Source: Candidatus Omnitrophota bacterium
Lineage (GTDB): Bacteria > Omnitrophota > Gorgyraeia > Gygaellales > Profunditerraquicolaceae
Length of the DNA stretch: 64,000 nt
NCBI GenBank assembly: GCA_029571225.1
Contig: JAKPTF010000035.1
Location: 145,925 to 209,924, forward strand
Direction: 5' to 3'
The notes under the pieces are model-generated. The model saw only the letters and a program-made list of their open reading frames with translations, did no database searches and was not told the origin of the DNA. A program made the translations under genes and the position numbers. The stretch's first letter is position 1; each line of letters opens with the position of its first letter. Shown here piece by piece: positions 12,001-27,000 of the stretch.

Positions 12001-15000
12001 ATCCTTCAACATGCGCTTTAATGTGATTTGTGTCGTGTGAACACGACCAAGGGTATTTTTGAAATTATTAACCACGATTGCCTCGTTATTGGTCGTATTC
12101 TGCGGATCAAGGTAGCGGATAAATCTGTACACATTGGCACCAAACGCTGTCCCTTCTTTTTCGATCTGTGTCGATCTATTATGCATAATGGCGGCGATAA
12201 GTCCGACTTTTTCGGCATCCATGCCTTCAATCGCCCTGCCTACAATTCTCAATGATCTGATAGATTTGTCAAAATAGACGTTGCCGACCGACCTGTCAAA
12301 TACCAGGTGTTCACCATGCTTCGGCAGCTCAATCGCGTCACTGACAAAGCTCATTTCACTGCCCAATGGGGTGAAATCAATGACTCTCACGTTGCCATCC
12401 GCAAAGGTAACGCCCAGCACCAAGTGGGTCCTTCCCGGCAGACCATTTTCCATTCTTATGACTTTCAGATCGTTCGTATTTTTTCCTAACACATAGCTCA
12501 CCAGCATTGCGATCTGGGTATGGGTGACGCATCCCGTTGTTGGTTTATAATCTCCTGGCCGGCCCTGATAAATATTTCTGAATGTGAACATATCTGGATC
12601 ATACTCATAGGTGCCGCGGACGATATAGCCGACAGCGGCGTATACATTCTTTTCGATTGCCGTTAACTCTGCACGTGCGATTATCGACACTTGACCATCG
12701 ACCTCGATCTTATTCTTCGCTTCAAAATACCTGCTGATCCAATATGCAACTAAAGAATTGTCAAAGACTTCCTCAACAACCTTCCGGATAGCCTCAGGAT
12801 CCATACCGAGCTCATTGACCAAAGCTCCTGCTATAGTGGCGGAAAGTTCTGACGTCATGCCTTCGATGTCTGACAATGTTAACGTATTCGATCGCCTGGC
12901 CTCAAGGATCTTATTGATCATGTCTTCAGTAACGCCTTCTATTTTGCTGAGCGTTTCCTTAACCTGCTTATCGCTGACAAGATAGGCTGAATCATTAGCA
13001 AGCAGCCACAAGACAACTTCAAGCTCTTTAGTATGCAAGAACTTCTCGACCGCTGCGGCCGCATCGATTGCCGCGATGTTTTTAAGATATTTAGTGCTGA
13101 ATGCCCGCGCATACTTCGCAAACTCAAGGCCAGTATATATATCAAGATTCAGGCCGCGCAGTGCGTTCAATAACTCAGGCGACGCTGTTCCAAAGATATC
13201 TTTCGCTTCAAGGTTGCGCCTTCTAATCGACTGTAAATCAGTTCCCGGCATTAAAAGACCCATAAGCAACTCTTCGTTATCTTCGTTCAAACCAAGCTTA
13301 TGAGCCAAGGCGGAAATCGCCTCAGCTGACTCATACATGCCATACTCAGCGCGTTCAGCCATATCCTTGAGGGCCTGACGGGCTTCTTCGTCATCAGTAA
13401 TCCACAGGCCGGCGACCGCCAGGATCAATTTTTTGGTGAAATGCGCTTCTTCGATATTTGGAAGATTTGAAAGTGCTGTGATCTGCAATTTCCCTGCAGC
13501 TTCAAGCTTGCTGATGGCAATAACAACCTGGTCGTTCAGTTTCCTAGACGAGAGCATGAATGCGGCGTCATGAATATCAGCGGCATTGAGTTTAGTTCGC
13601 AGAACAATGAATTCCTCGATGGACAAAGGTTTTAACTGATCTTCAACCAGGATCATTTTAATGGCTTCGGAAATCTTACGGATATCGTATGCCGTTGTGT
13701 TTTCCTGGCCTGGCTTAGGTTTTATCTTCTTTTCGATATATGCCTCAAGCTTACTGTATGTCTCAAACCCGATCTGTTTTGCGGCCATGAACTTCCGTAC
13801 GCCTTCTTCCGATTTGATCTTATCTCTAAACCCAATTTCATCTATCGTAGGCAGAGCAAAAGGCTTGCCCTTGTTCTTATTTAAAATATTCTCGATCAAT
13901 TGAGTAAGGGCAACATATTTTAAATGGAGGGGATTGATCTCCGCAGCCATTTCAGGAGAAACCTGCGGGAATAATTTCATAGCAGCATCCATATCGGTAT
14001 CAAACAGTGTGCCTATGACCTGATCCGCATTCTTATTATCAGCCATCAATACAAGCAGTGCTTTGCCAGCAGGCTCAAGCTTCGCCGTTACGGACAATCC
14101 CTTTGCCCAGCCGGCTTTCATCGCGTTGCCAATAACGCTTGTAAAGGAATTAAAGAGGTTATGTTCTTCGGAATACCGTTTTATGCTTTCACTGATGCTA
14201 TTTTTAAATTTCTCTTTCCATGCAGCTCCACCTTCTCTTCGCAGCGTTCTAAGGCCGAGCGGACCATTGGTTTTAGAATTAAATTCTGCAATCCCTCTGA
14301 AAAATGCGTATGAAGTGCCTAAAACCGTCGCGGCAGCAATAAGATTGCGCGTGATCACGTTGCCAACCTCCATGAGTCCGCGCTCTTTAATGCCTCTTAT
14401 TGCTTCAGAGATAACGGCTTCGTCCCGGACCTTTTTGCGATAATCATTAACACCTGCTGGAATCGCAGCAATTGCTCCCAGAACGCCCAGGATGTTTGAA
14501 AGCACCGGCCAACGGGAGCTATACATGGCTTTTACTTGCGGATCCTGTTTATTCAAGGTTTGCATTATACTGGCAACAACGCCTCTTTCTTCCCCGTTTC
14601 TGAATCTTGTCTGCTCTTTAATCGATGCCGCAATACCCTTCTGGATATTATAATTGCTTACCCGCGCCTTCTGCAGGGCGTCATAAGCAGTTTTGGCATC
14701 GCCGTTGTTCTCCGCCATCAACTTGTTCGCTTTCGCGACCTCCACCACCGCCTGCGCGGCGACTTCGTTCAAATTCTTTGCACTCCTTTGAGGGAGGAGC
14801 ATGTTCTCTAAATCTGCTTTCAGATATTCCATTGCGGCAAATTTCACGACTTCAACAACATCGAATCCTCTTAGACCGGATAATTTCTTTATGTTGCTGA
14901 CGCGTTCCGGGTTATCGCCTGTAAATTCAATCTTACCAGCTCTGATATCCTTATCGGCATCGAGCCATGATTTAATCATGTCCTGCTGCGTTTCGTTCAA

Positions 15001-18000
15001 AACTCGGTTCCGGCTAAATATCGCATCAGACATAACCTTTTCGAATTTCCGCGCCTCACTGGCAAGATTGCCGATTAAGGCATCGTATACATTTGACTGG
15101 GTCCGATCGCCCGTATAAGAATCTTCTCTGTTCTCGCTCTGGAATCTTTCCTGTAATACCGTGATTGACCGTCGTTGTGCATCGACCGCAGGATCGGCAT
15201 GCTCTCTCAAGCTATCAAATCTTTTTAAATATCCTTCATAAACAGCGTCCTGAACGGATACAAGAAACGCATTATTACGGGCCTTTGTTTCATTTTTATC
15301 AAGAATACGCAGTATATCATTCACGCCACGATAATCATTATTGATGATCCACAGCCCTCTTTGAAATTCAGCATTTCTTTGGCGGCCGAATTTTTGAACG
15401 AATTCAGTTTGTGTTGAGGTTCTGTCAATGACTGATATATATATGATGTCTTTCCCAGTGATACCCCCTCCCTCACTGGCCTCGCCGGCACTCACATCGA
15501 ACCTATTATTCTTGATATCGATTGAAACTTGGATGCCATCTTTTCCAGAGATAATGGCGTCTTTAATGCTGCTTGAAAGATCCATATTGTATCCAACCTG
15601 TTTATGTGCATCAAAAATAACAATGACCGGGTTTTCTCTGGATCCCAGTCTGGCTTCCACTATTTCTTTTGTCACCCCGAAGTCAACTAACAAGTATCGC
15701 CCTGATTTTTTATCAAAGGAATATCGTGTAAAATGAGCCTCACTGCTGCCTTCCGATGCGGGAGGATTTCCTACAAAAATATCTCTTGGAGCAAAATCCT
15801 TTGCATTGGTCTGTGCACGGATCTCCTGCGCCTTGATAGTATCGGCGAATGCCCCAAGGTCATGCTCGCGCGGGGATAAAAACACGACTGATTTGCCAAC
15901 AGGCAGATAGCTAACTACTTCTGCTAACGATCCTATATGGACATTATCATCGGCCTGGTTCATAAACTCTCTGATTGCGACTGTCAAATCTGTGTTTTTT
16001 CTGAAATCTAACGTGTCCATACCAAGGTTCTCAGCCCAGAACTTGGCGAATTCGATAGTTGCAGAGAAAAATGTAAAAGTTGAATTTCTAAAGTTGGAGA
16101 TAACTCCATAAGGTGTGACTCGAGTGGAATCAGGGCTGACAGTAATCTCCCGCAAAAATGCCCCCATAAAAGCGTCATGCCCGTTTTCGGTCAACATCCT
16201 TATAAAATCAGTATTATTGCTTCTCCGCGCTTCCTTAATGTTTGCAGACAGCCAGTATGCGATTGCGCGTGACTCTCCACTCCATTGCATACTTTCATTC
16301 TTTGTTGATTCGTGCATAACTCCGGGAATAAAAATGTTAACGCCATCAAGTTTTTTCTCGCCCAGCTTGATATAGCTATAGCCTTTTTCAAAGTACCCAT
16401 TCGCGGCATCACGTTCTGCCTTATAAGCTATGCCTAAAGAAATAATTAACTTGTTCTCGTTTTCGGTATTGCTTCCAACACCGGCTCCTTTGCGTTTAAA
16501 TTCAGCAAATGTCTGGAATATATCTTTGCCTTCCGGTGCAGAAGGTGCTTCTTTATAGAAACCACGTTCATCAAAATAGTCGTTAAACCGATTTTCGTAT
16601 GCCATAAGGAATCTTGCGACCGACAATGTCGCATATTCCCACTGTGCGCCATTAATTGCTTTTTGGCCTCTGCCCATGATCAAATGCGGACTGGTCGCGA
16701 TATCCTGAATCTCGTCAGCCCATATCCGATCGGCTTTTTCCTGTAAGCCATGCCATATTCTGTTCCAAAAATCAAAAGTTTGCTTGTCTGCCGCATATTG
16801 TGCATTCTGACGGATACCTTCAGCCTCATGGATCCCCATATGTATAATAACGCCTTGCTTAAATGTAAACCCGTTAACGCTTAGCTGGTCATCCTTCTCC
16901 TGAGACATAAATTCATCAAAAAGATTCCCTTCTCTGGACGAAAATTTGGTGATTTCGGCATAAATATCCCCGATGGTTATTTTTTGGGTAGTACCATCGC
17001 TTGTTTTAATATAAATATCCCGTTTTATTATTCTCAAATGCGGTGAATCTTTTTCGTGCCATATCGCCCCGTCTATTTCGTGTTCTCTGTAGCCCGTATA
17101 TTTATTAATCTTTCCAGTCAAGTAGAAATTGTTGACTTTCTCTTTAAAGCCTTCCTCAGACGCAGCCGAATTACTTCTATAGAGCCCCAACCCTTTTTCG
17201 CCAAGAGCCTGGCTTAATAATTCCGCGAACGGCTTGACAAAAGCGGTCTTGCCTTCTCCTGTGCCTAAGGCAATCAACAGCTGAGGCCTGAATGTTGCAA
17301 TCATGCCCACCAGCAATTGCTTGGGGGTCAATTTTTCAAATTTCCTGCCTCTCCCGCTTTCATAGGCGTTTATGATCTGCGGACGTAGGATTTCTTTGAT
17401 GATCTGGCTAATCTCGCTATTACCGTTCAGCATATTAACGAATTCTTTTAAGAAAGCCGGGGCATCTGCTTCATTAATGATCCTGACTGTCAGATCGCCT
17501 TGTTTGTTCCCTTTGACTTCAATATATCGTGCGTACTCTTCAACAAAGTCTCTTGGATTATTCTTCATAGCATCATTTATGAGCCTTGCCGTAAGCGGGC
17601 CACCTTTATCCAACGTCGCCTTAATTCTTTCGGGAATTGCTTGATGCGGATATATACCTGCAGCCCGATACTCATCTTTAAGCTTTGACGAAAGATTACT
17701 AATCTCAATTAAATACGTACGAAATTCTTCAAATTTGCTCGCATTTGCCAGTCTTGCTTCGGCTGATTCCTTCGCCATGCGGATCTTAGCAGGTACTCGT
17801 CTGATTTTTTCCAGCCGCTGTCCGCGATATAAATCATTTTCTGCTTTTTCCGCTTTCATGGCCGCTTCAAACGAAGTTGTGATTTCATCAAATTTTGCCT
17901 TCATATTTAAAATATCACTCTCTAATTCGCGAATTCGAGCTTCATCATAGTACCAGCTCAGAGAAGCTATTTCCTGTTCTTTGGCCTCAATCGCCTTATC

Positions 18001-21000
18001 CAGGGCGACAACCGCTTCAACATAAAACCGCGTTGCAGGAGTAGTCATATTCTTATCTAGCCATTCCTGCCGTTGTTTTTCAAAACCAGTGACCTTGATC
18101 CCATCAATGCTCACTTTTCCCCGGATCAAAATTTGTTCGCGTTCAAATGTTGTAAAGCTAGACAAAATGTGATTTCGGATAATATCCGCTTCTATTTCTG
18201 AAACTTTATCCTTGGAGTTCTCTCGACCCGAGAGTTCATTAACAAGCTCACTCCGGCTTTTGTCTTTCATGGTGTCGCTAAACTGATGGCTATATTCGCG
18301 TTCCATGAGATCGCGTTTCGTCTGGCTGTCCAGAAAATTAAACTTTTCATCCTGAAGGGCCTGGTCCATAAGGACTGATTCTTTTTGATCACCATTTATT
18401 GCCTGCCTGGCTGCCGCAGGATTATTCTGGATAGCGGTACGCAAAGTTCTTCCATACTCATAGGTAATAATTGCTTTATAGATATCAGACGGTTTATTGA
18501 CCCTTACGTCCAATGGTTCACCTTCGGGCATGTAAACAGTATACCGACGCACTGATGTTGCCTTAGACGCGTCTTTATTGATTGAAGCGAGATTGCCCGG
18601 CTGATCGGCTCCATATCTTTGTTTCAGAGCATCCATCGATACTTTTTCAACCGAAACAACGATATTAACTTCCAACCCCTTGGCTGATCTAGCCTTAAGA
18701 TTCTGGTAAGCTTCATTAACCTTGCCTGTAATATATTTTGCGAAGTTACTTATCTGAGCGCCGGCATTTTCAATGCGCGTTGTGATCTGTGCTTGGAAGG
18801 GTTCGACAGGTTTACTTTCTGCAGACGGGATATTTCCCTCACCATGATTAGCTTCGGGGATTTTTGCGGAGGGCTGTATTTCTATCGGTTCTTTCTCAGA
18901 AGGGATAGTAGAAGCATCATGCGGAGGATCTAAGTTGTTAGCTTTATCCTTAGCTGCACTATCTGGCGCGGATTCGATATTTTTACCATTATTATCGGAA
19001 ACGGGTGATTGATCTTTGGTTGCCTCGATTATTTTCCCACCGGTTGACGACTCTCTCATGCTCGAAGTTTTAATTTCCACAACCGTTATTTTTGTTGCCG
19101 AATCAGTCTTGGAAGAAGCTGGGATATCGCGCACATTGATCAAATGCCATTCACCGGCTTCCATATAAAGACGATATTCGGCTTCCTGTGTTTTATCGCC
19201 GGCTTCCATAACTTTTTCTACAGCGTAAACCGTTGCTTTATCAGTCGGGATAATTCGAACTTTAGTCCACGTGCTATCAATTTTAATCTCATATATCATA
19301 TTGGATTTAAAGATGCTGCGATCACCCGTAACCAAACCAGAGCCCGGGATAAGATCCTGGACAAGTCTCGGAGCCGAGAATGCATTGTTTAATGATGATC
19401 GGGCGGATACGCCTTCTACCTTTGCGCCCATAGCCTCAATTATTTTTAAAGGCTGGTTAAGAGCTGCGGTAAACATATGCACCGGAGCAAGCAAAACACT
19501 ATTTGCTTTATTGACAAAATGGCCAACACTGCTATCGAAAATCGGCATGCGGATCGTTACATCCATAGGGCTCTTTACAAGAGCCTGCCCTACGGTTCTC
19601 GGCCTTGCTTCTGTTGCTAACTGTAAACCGTTCTTGCCTGCGTCCTGGAAAGCACTCCTCATCGCATCTTGCATATTACGGGCCTGCATCCTGCCCTGCT
19701 CGAAATGCGGACCGAGCAAAAGCAGGAGATTTGGGACTAAACTTGTAAATCCTTCATATACATTGTTTGACGGACGGACTGGGTTTGCATCAGGAGGATG
19801 TAACCATGTCCAAACATCTTTTCCTCCAATTAAATTTCCCAAACCATCAGCGAGCGGCTTTAATGTATGATCGGCAGTCCAACCCATAAAGAACCTGCCG
19901 CCCTGATAGTTCTCCACTCCGTGTAAAGCTAATGATTCAACTGAATGCAATGCCATATCAACGACACCGGTAAAATATTCCGCAACCATGACGGTTGTGA
20001 TCGGGATTGAGTTGATAACTCCGTGATGACCGGCAACGCCTAAATAACTATATGGGAACTCAGCAAATCCTGACATCGTGTTAACAAGCTGCACGCCTGT
20101 AAGATACACGTCTTTGACAACAGGAATATTGGGAGCGACATTAAGGGCACTCTGAATGACCTTGTTTTGTTGGTCACGATATTCCTGTGCTTTTTTCCAA
20201 TTGGGTTCATAATCCACTGTTTGACGTAACGCAAAATTAGTCAATTGACCGAATCCATATCTCGCTGCATTCAGCTCAAAACCTCCGATTGCCTGCAGCA
20301 ATCCATAGGGAGTGTTGGCAATATCAGATACCGCTGCCACTTTAAAAGAATTATAGAGACCATGATCAGCTAAATATGTATAGACTGCCGGATAGTATGT
20401 CAAAAGCGATACGCCGCTAAACATAGCCGGCAGCGCTTGTTTAGCCAATCCATAGCCGCCCGCAACCACAGGATAAACTTTAGGATAAACTTTTGGCCCT
20501 AAAAACTCCGCTGCCGTAATCGCTCCTGCTGTATTTTTTGATGCCGGTTTAATTATGTTACCTACTTGCCCCATCCAACCCTTAATTTTACCGCCTTGTC
20601 TAACAAGCCACTGTGCTGGTCTTGTCCCTGATATCCATTCCGCTATGCCCATCCTTGATATCACACTAGAAGTTTTACTTAACCCAGCCAATACAGCAGA
20701 GAAAGCTAACTCCGAACCAGCGAAGATCACGAAATCCTTTGCTCTATCTGACCAGAATATATTTCTATCAATCGGTTTGCCGGTAACGATCCTGTTCTCG
20801 ATATCAAGCGCACCCATAAACGTTGCTCCGCCAATACCCCATTTTATTGCCGTGCCGATGCGCGGAGCTATGGGCGACGCAAAGAACCGAGCTACAAGAG
20901 AAGCCTCACGACCGGCAAGTAAAACATCGCCGGCTGCAGTAGCCATATATGGCGCCATTAATTCGCTCGCTATAAATCCTGTAGCAATCATAACGATAGT

Positions 21001-24000
21001 ATCAGCGGCAATCTGGTGAAGAGGAGCAATGATATCAGTATAAGTGCTGTGTTGTGTTAAATCTCCCGTGCCGCCATACAACACATCCAATGTCTGCATC
21101 GTAGGAGTCTTAACCGACCAATATGCATTGCTGATTCCGCCAAGGACAGGAATGGTATTCCAATCGATTTGGGCGTTCAAAGGCGACCGGTCAGACGGGT
21201 TAAATACATAATCAGCAACCCCCTGAAGCGTCGGGCCATATTTCACAAATGCCGCAGGAACCTTTTCATTCACCAAACCGCCGACAGAATAAAAGAAAAG
21301 GGGCACGTCTAAGACAATATCTTTTCCCGTATTATCGATAAGCGATACTTTTTCGGTTAAATGTTCATCGAGCTTGAAACCAAGAGCATTCGCTATTTCA
21401 ACCGTTGGCTTTGCCGAAGGATTCAGCGCAATGATCGTGTATGCAGCATCTTTTGCCAAGGAACCTATAACCCCCTCAAGTGATATTTTGTTGCCGCTAG
21501 TCAGGTAATCGGAGGTGGCCGGAAGCCAAGCATTAAAGATATCGACCACATATTTTGTATTGGCGGTTGCTTTTTGGGCCTGCTGATTTTCAAATACCTG
21601 AATTTGATTGTTCTGGCCTATTATGGTGGCCAACGTATTTGTGGCGCGAGATACTAATTCGTTGCCATCTTGTATAAGAGTGCCCATATGCTGATTGAAA
21701 TATCCAATGAGATTAGGACCCTCTGCGGCTACTTCAGCCTGGATCGTCCCCATGGCTTTTCGGTATTCAGGAGAATTGATATTAAAGTTCAACTTCGGGG
21801 TCGTATCAGTGCCGGCTGCACCAGCGCTCCCTGCCATCTTGTCATCTAATACGGGAATATGCCACCCATCTGCCTGTTTCTCTGCATCCCATACGTCAAG
21901 CATATTATTTGTTTTGCCAATATATATTGCAGTGCTTTCCTGAGCCCCTATGATCCACCCCTCTTCAGCATCATAAACCAATCCTTCATTCTGCAAAGCA
22001 TTATTCTTATTGCTCTCATTGCTAATAAACCACTGTCCATCATTATTCCTGTGATAAATTGTGCCATCCGCAGCAACGAAATACTGTCCCTGGGTCGGAC
22101 TGTCAACGGTCAACGTCATATCACCCATTGCCGGCACAGAACCAGGCTTAGCTGGATTTTCCGAAGTCATAACAATTTTCGGATTGTTTTGATCAGTCCC
22201 TTCCTGATTTTCCATAGACACGTTGTACCGATCAGACAATTCATTATTAATAGCACGGCTGCCATTGGCCAATACCCATTTACAATCCTGTCCGTGTTGT
22301 ACACCATAATCTTCTCTGAAGTTTATCCACGCGTCAACAACATTGGCTTTCATGGTGACTATGTCAGGATTATTGGGATTATTCTCTATCTCCTGTTGTT
22401 GCTGATTAATCCAATTCATGACGGACTGCGCTGTCGGATCTAAATTAACCAAATCCTGTGACGCATCCTTAATCTGAGGGCCCCATGATGAATCATACTG
22501 AGAAGCCATCTGCACTTTATGCTGCGTTTCCTGATCAACTTCAGGCTTCGGATTCACCGCATCCAGCAATCCATCAACCATCTTGCCGCTGGTCTGCGCA
22601 TTGCCGAACTGCGGGGTCAGGAGCGTGCCGTCGACGAGCTTATCCCAATTGCTTTTCTGGGTCTGATTCGCCGCAGCGACAGGAACCTGCTGGGCCTGCT
22701 GCACATTCTTATCGCCCGTATCTTTCAGACCCGCATCAATCGCAGCAATAGGCTGGAATACGTAAGTATTAATGGCGCCGGCGATGCCGCCGATGATGGT
22801 GCCCCAAAAATCCTGCTGCGCAGGCGCTTCCTGTTCTTGAGGCTTAACAGTGGGATCAATCTTCACAACATCATCAGAAGTAGAAGCTGCGCTGGCGGGA
22901 AATAAAGACACTTTGGGAAGATTATCAGTCCAAGACTTAGATTCCGCTGTAGCACCGGTTTCGGCAGGACCTTCTTCTTCAGGCTTTGGCTGCGTTGCGA
23001 AAGGAACGTTCATATTGGTAGGAACATTTCCGATCCCAACTATTACCGCTCCTTCCAGAAGCGTACCCGCAAAAGGATCATTCTGAGCATCTTTTTGTTC
23101 CGGATCCTTTACAACCACTTCGGCAGGCTGCTGGTTGTCTGGCACAGGAGTTGTTAAAGGCTCTATGGGATTCAGCGTAGAAACAGGTATTGGGGAATCG
23201 GTCAATTCCTGATAGCGCTCAACATGCGTTTTCTGCGGAGTGCCTGACGCGCCTGCCTGCAGACCCTGGCTAAACGGTTCATTACCCCACGAGCCAGAAG
23301 AACCGCTCGCTATTATATTACCGTTTGAATCTACTGCCTCCCATGCGCCGCCGGCATTGATCTTGGTAACGGTCACATCTGTCCCAACCTTTTTATCATT
23401 AATAGTTTCCGTATAAGAATACGTATTCCCATTCGCGCCATCGAGCAATGGTGCCTGCGTCGGTTTACTGTTTTCCTCCGGTTCGAGCAAGGAGGCCGTA
23501 TTCGCATCGCCGTTGACCATCATAGGCCCCTTAACCGTACCATCCACATCAACAAGATTACCGTTTCCATCAGGCGTATAAGTCTTATTTGTGCTGTCCT
23601 TATAATGTACTATACCGTCCTTCACGTATGTAACTGTCAGGTTTGAGGCTTTGAAATTACCGCTGGTCGGCGTCACACATCCATTAACTGTCACGGATTG
23701 TCCGTCAGCGGTAAAATATGTAACGGCAGTAATATTGCCTTTTTCATCTCTGGTATACTTTTCCCCGATTACCGGAGGAGTGGTCAAACGCTCAACCATC
23801 TGTGAACTACTTTCGTTCGACCCCTGGTTCATCGAATCCCCAACAATCCCCGCACCGGTCGAGCTACCGCACCCGCCGTTATTGGAAAGATCATTCCCGA
23901 TCGGCCGGTACAGGTTTACCAGGATCGCCGGAAGCGCCGGATTGGCAGCGATATCCGCCATGATCATCGGCTGGATGATCTTCTCCAGGGCAGCGCCGGC

Positions 24001-27000
24001 TGCATAAAGCTGGCCGTTTTCATATCTCATATCCTTGACATTGCCCGCAATGCCGGACTGGCTATTCATGAAAAGGTCATATCCGGTCCAATCGTTATTC
24101 TGTTCGAATGTCTTGTAATACATCGATCCGCCGCCGCCAACGTGGACCTTCTCGCGAAGCGCAACAGCGATCTCAAGCGCATACGACCTCTCATCGCCCA
24201 GATGGGTCAGGCCGTATATTTCGCACGCAACTGCCTGGTAGATAACCTGATACAGGGTGGCATAATCATCAATGCCGGGGACCGAGTAAGGAGTGTTTGC
24301 CATATTGTAGTTCGGACGCTGGTAATCTCCGCCCAGGGTCGCAGGAAGGTTCAACACGATCTCACCGCTCACCACGCCATCCATAATCTTTTTCGTAAGA
24401 TAGTCGGCATACTCTTCCGGATTATTCCACACATGCTGCATCTGCGCCTGGGCCTGGGAAGCCAGAGCGTTATAACCTGTAAGCGCAGCGGTTAATCCCA
24501 TGTCTTTGTTGGCCTCGACCTGCGCTGAAATCTTGCCATATTCTTCCAGGTGGTCATACAGATCGTAGATCAGTACGGCATCCTGGTTCGCAGTTGCCTG
24601 CGCTGCGATCTTGTTGTATTCGGTAACAGCGGCGTTCAGCTTATTGACATAATAGTTCGCATTGGCGTTGACCTGCTCGGTTATGTCATTATATGCTTCG
24701 ATATTGGCTGACAGTTGGTTGACCTGCGCTTCAGAAGTGAATTCGCCTTCATGCGTGATATGGCCTGTTGCGTCGATGACATAGCCGGCTGAGGTCAAGG
24801 CCGGTTTGATGTTGGCGGTGAAATACGTGTTTGCCCTGTTCATCTCAAACAACACGTCATTAACGTCGATTTTGCCGTCGTTGTTGGAATCTTTGCCCGC
24901 GACATTGGAAACCGTCGCCCCGCCGGTCGTATCATCATTGCTTCCGGTCAATTCCTGCATGGTCTTCTGATTGATGTTATATTGTTTGACTATTGGGTCG
25001 TTCGGATTCAACTGGTTGGCCAGGTTGATGTTAGCAGCGCCAGCCGTGATGTGGCCGGTCGCGTCGGTCGTGATCCCGACCGCGTTGAGAATCGGCTGGA
25101 TGTTCGCGCTGAAATACTGATTCGCCTTGTTCATTTCGAACAAAACGTCAGCCGCATCCTGCTTGCCGTCGCCGTTCGAATCCTTCGCATTGATGGTCGA
25201 GGGGGTCACGGTCGCGGGAGTGGCATCCTCATCTTCCGGATACAATTCGCTCAATGTCTTCTGATTCGCGGTATATGTCTTGACGATCGGGTCGTTCGGA
25301 TTGATCAAAGCAGCGGCGCCTAACTTATCCTTGCCTGCGGTGATATGGCCTGTTGCATCGGTCGTGATACCCATGGCGTTCAGGATCGGCTGGATGTTGT
25401 TGGTAAAATACTGATTGGCCTTGTTCATTTCGAACAGGACATCGTTGGCATCCTGCTTGCCGTCATGATTCGAGTCTTTTGCGATGACCGTTTCCGGGGT
25501 GACCACGGCGCCTTGCGCGTTGGACTGCGTTCCTGCTGCTTCGTATATTTCGGATATGGTCGTCTGGTTCTTGTTGTACTGGGCAACGGTCGCATTGGCC
25601 GGGTCGATCTGGGCAGCAATGCTGACATTGTCCTTGCCTGCGGTGATATGGCCCTCGGCGTCAGTCTGGATGCCAAGGGTATTTAAAATCGGTTTGACAT
25701 TCTCATTATAATATTTATTGGCAGCCTGCATGGCAATCAACGCGTCGTCATAATTGATATAGCCGTCCTGATTCAGGTCCTTGGCTTCAGGGCTGGTCGC
25801 ATTCGTGGTCTGTGAAGCAACATCAGATGTGGGGTCGCCGGCATATAATTCGCTGACCGTGGTCTGATGGGCATTAAATTCTGCCTGAATGGCCTGCGCT
25901 TGGGCTGAAGTAAAGCTGTTTGCCGTGTTGGCAGAGGTATGCTCGCCGGTCTCTGCAACGACCAGCAATCCCTGAAGGCTTGAAATATCCGCGTTGTCGC
26001 CCAGCATGCTTCCGGTGGTCCGCGCAGTCGAGCCGTCATATGTCGGAGTGACCCAGGAGGTCGGCACCAGCATGAATCCAGAGCTTGCTGTGCCAAAATC
26101 CATCAAACTGGAAGTCTTTTCCACACCGTTATCCATATAGGTAACTGAACCGCCGGTAACAGATACCTGGCCTGTGCCGCCGTCTTCCGGCCATGTCACG
26201 TTAACAGAGCCTTCTTCAACGCCCGTGACGGCAACAAAATGCTTGGAATCAAGATGAGCGATAAACGGGGTTTCGCTGGCTGCGGCATTAGAGCCAATAG
26301 TCGATAATTTATAGGCTATGGTAGCAGGATCTGAACCAAGGCTGATCGCAGTATAATCTTTGCCATGGGCCTGGGCAACAGCTTCAAGGCCGGTAAGGCT
26401 GGTATAACCATTATAGGTATACGGCGCTAATTCCTGAACTAACTGATCAGCAGGCACATTAGGGAGCAGGACCTGCAAAGCCTGCACAGCGCAGTTCAAT
26501 TCAGTGGTCGATGTAGCTCCCCAAACCGTATCAAATATTGAGGCGGTACCGGCATTAGGGGTAATACCGATACCGCCATTTCCTGGGGTCAGCAGGAGGT
26601 TATCTATTTTAGCTTGAAGTTTAGACTGAATATCGGTTAGTTTTGAAGAAATGGACGACAGACCACGAGATTCGAGGTCTATAAGATTAGATTTGCTGAT
26701 AGGATTGATGTATGATGCGGTAAGAGAATTGGTATCAGCTTCCGGAGGGCCGCGAGCGCTTATTGATCCGGTTATCGTATCAGTATATGGATTGAAACGC
26801 TCTTTGAAAGCAGCGATCTGTCTTGAAATATCAGTATCATCTAAAGTAACCGTATCACCGGCATCTCTGGTGATATTGTTCAACGCAGTAGTAACATCTG
26901 CTAGTGTCGTTGCAACAGGACGCGCTACAGGCGCGGGGAACCTGGAGCCAGCTGCCATGGTAGTATCAAGTATCGAATCCGCATTCATCTTCTCTGCCAA

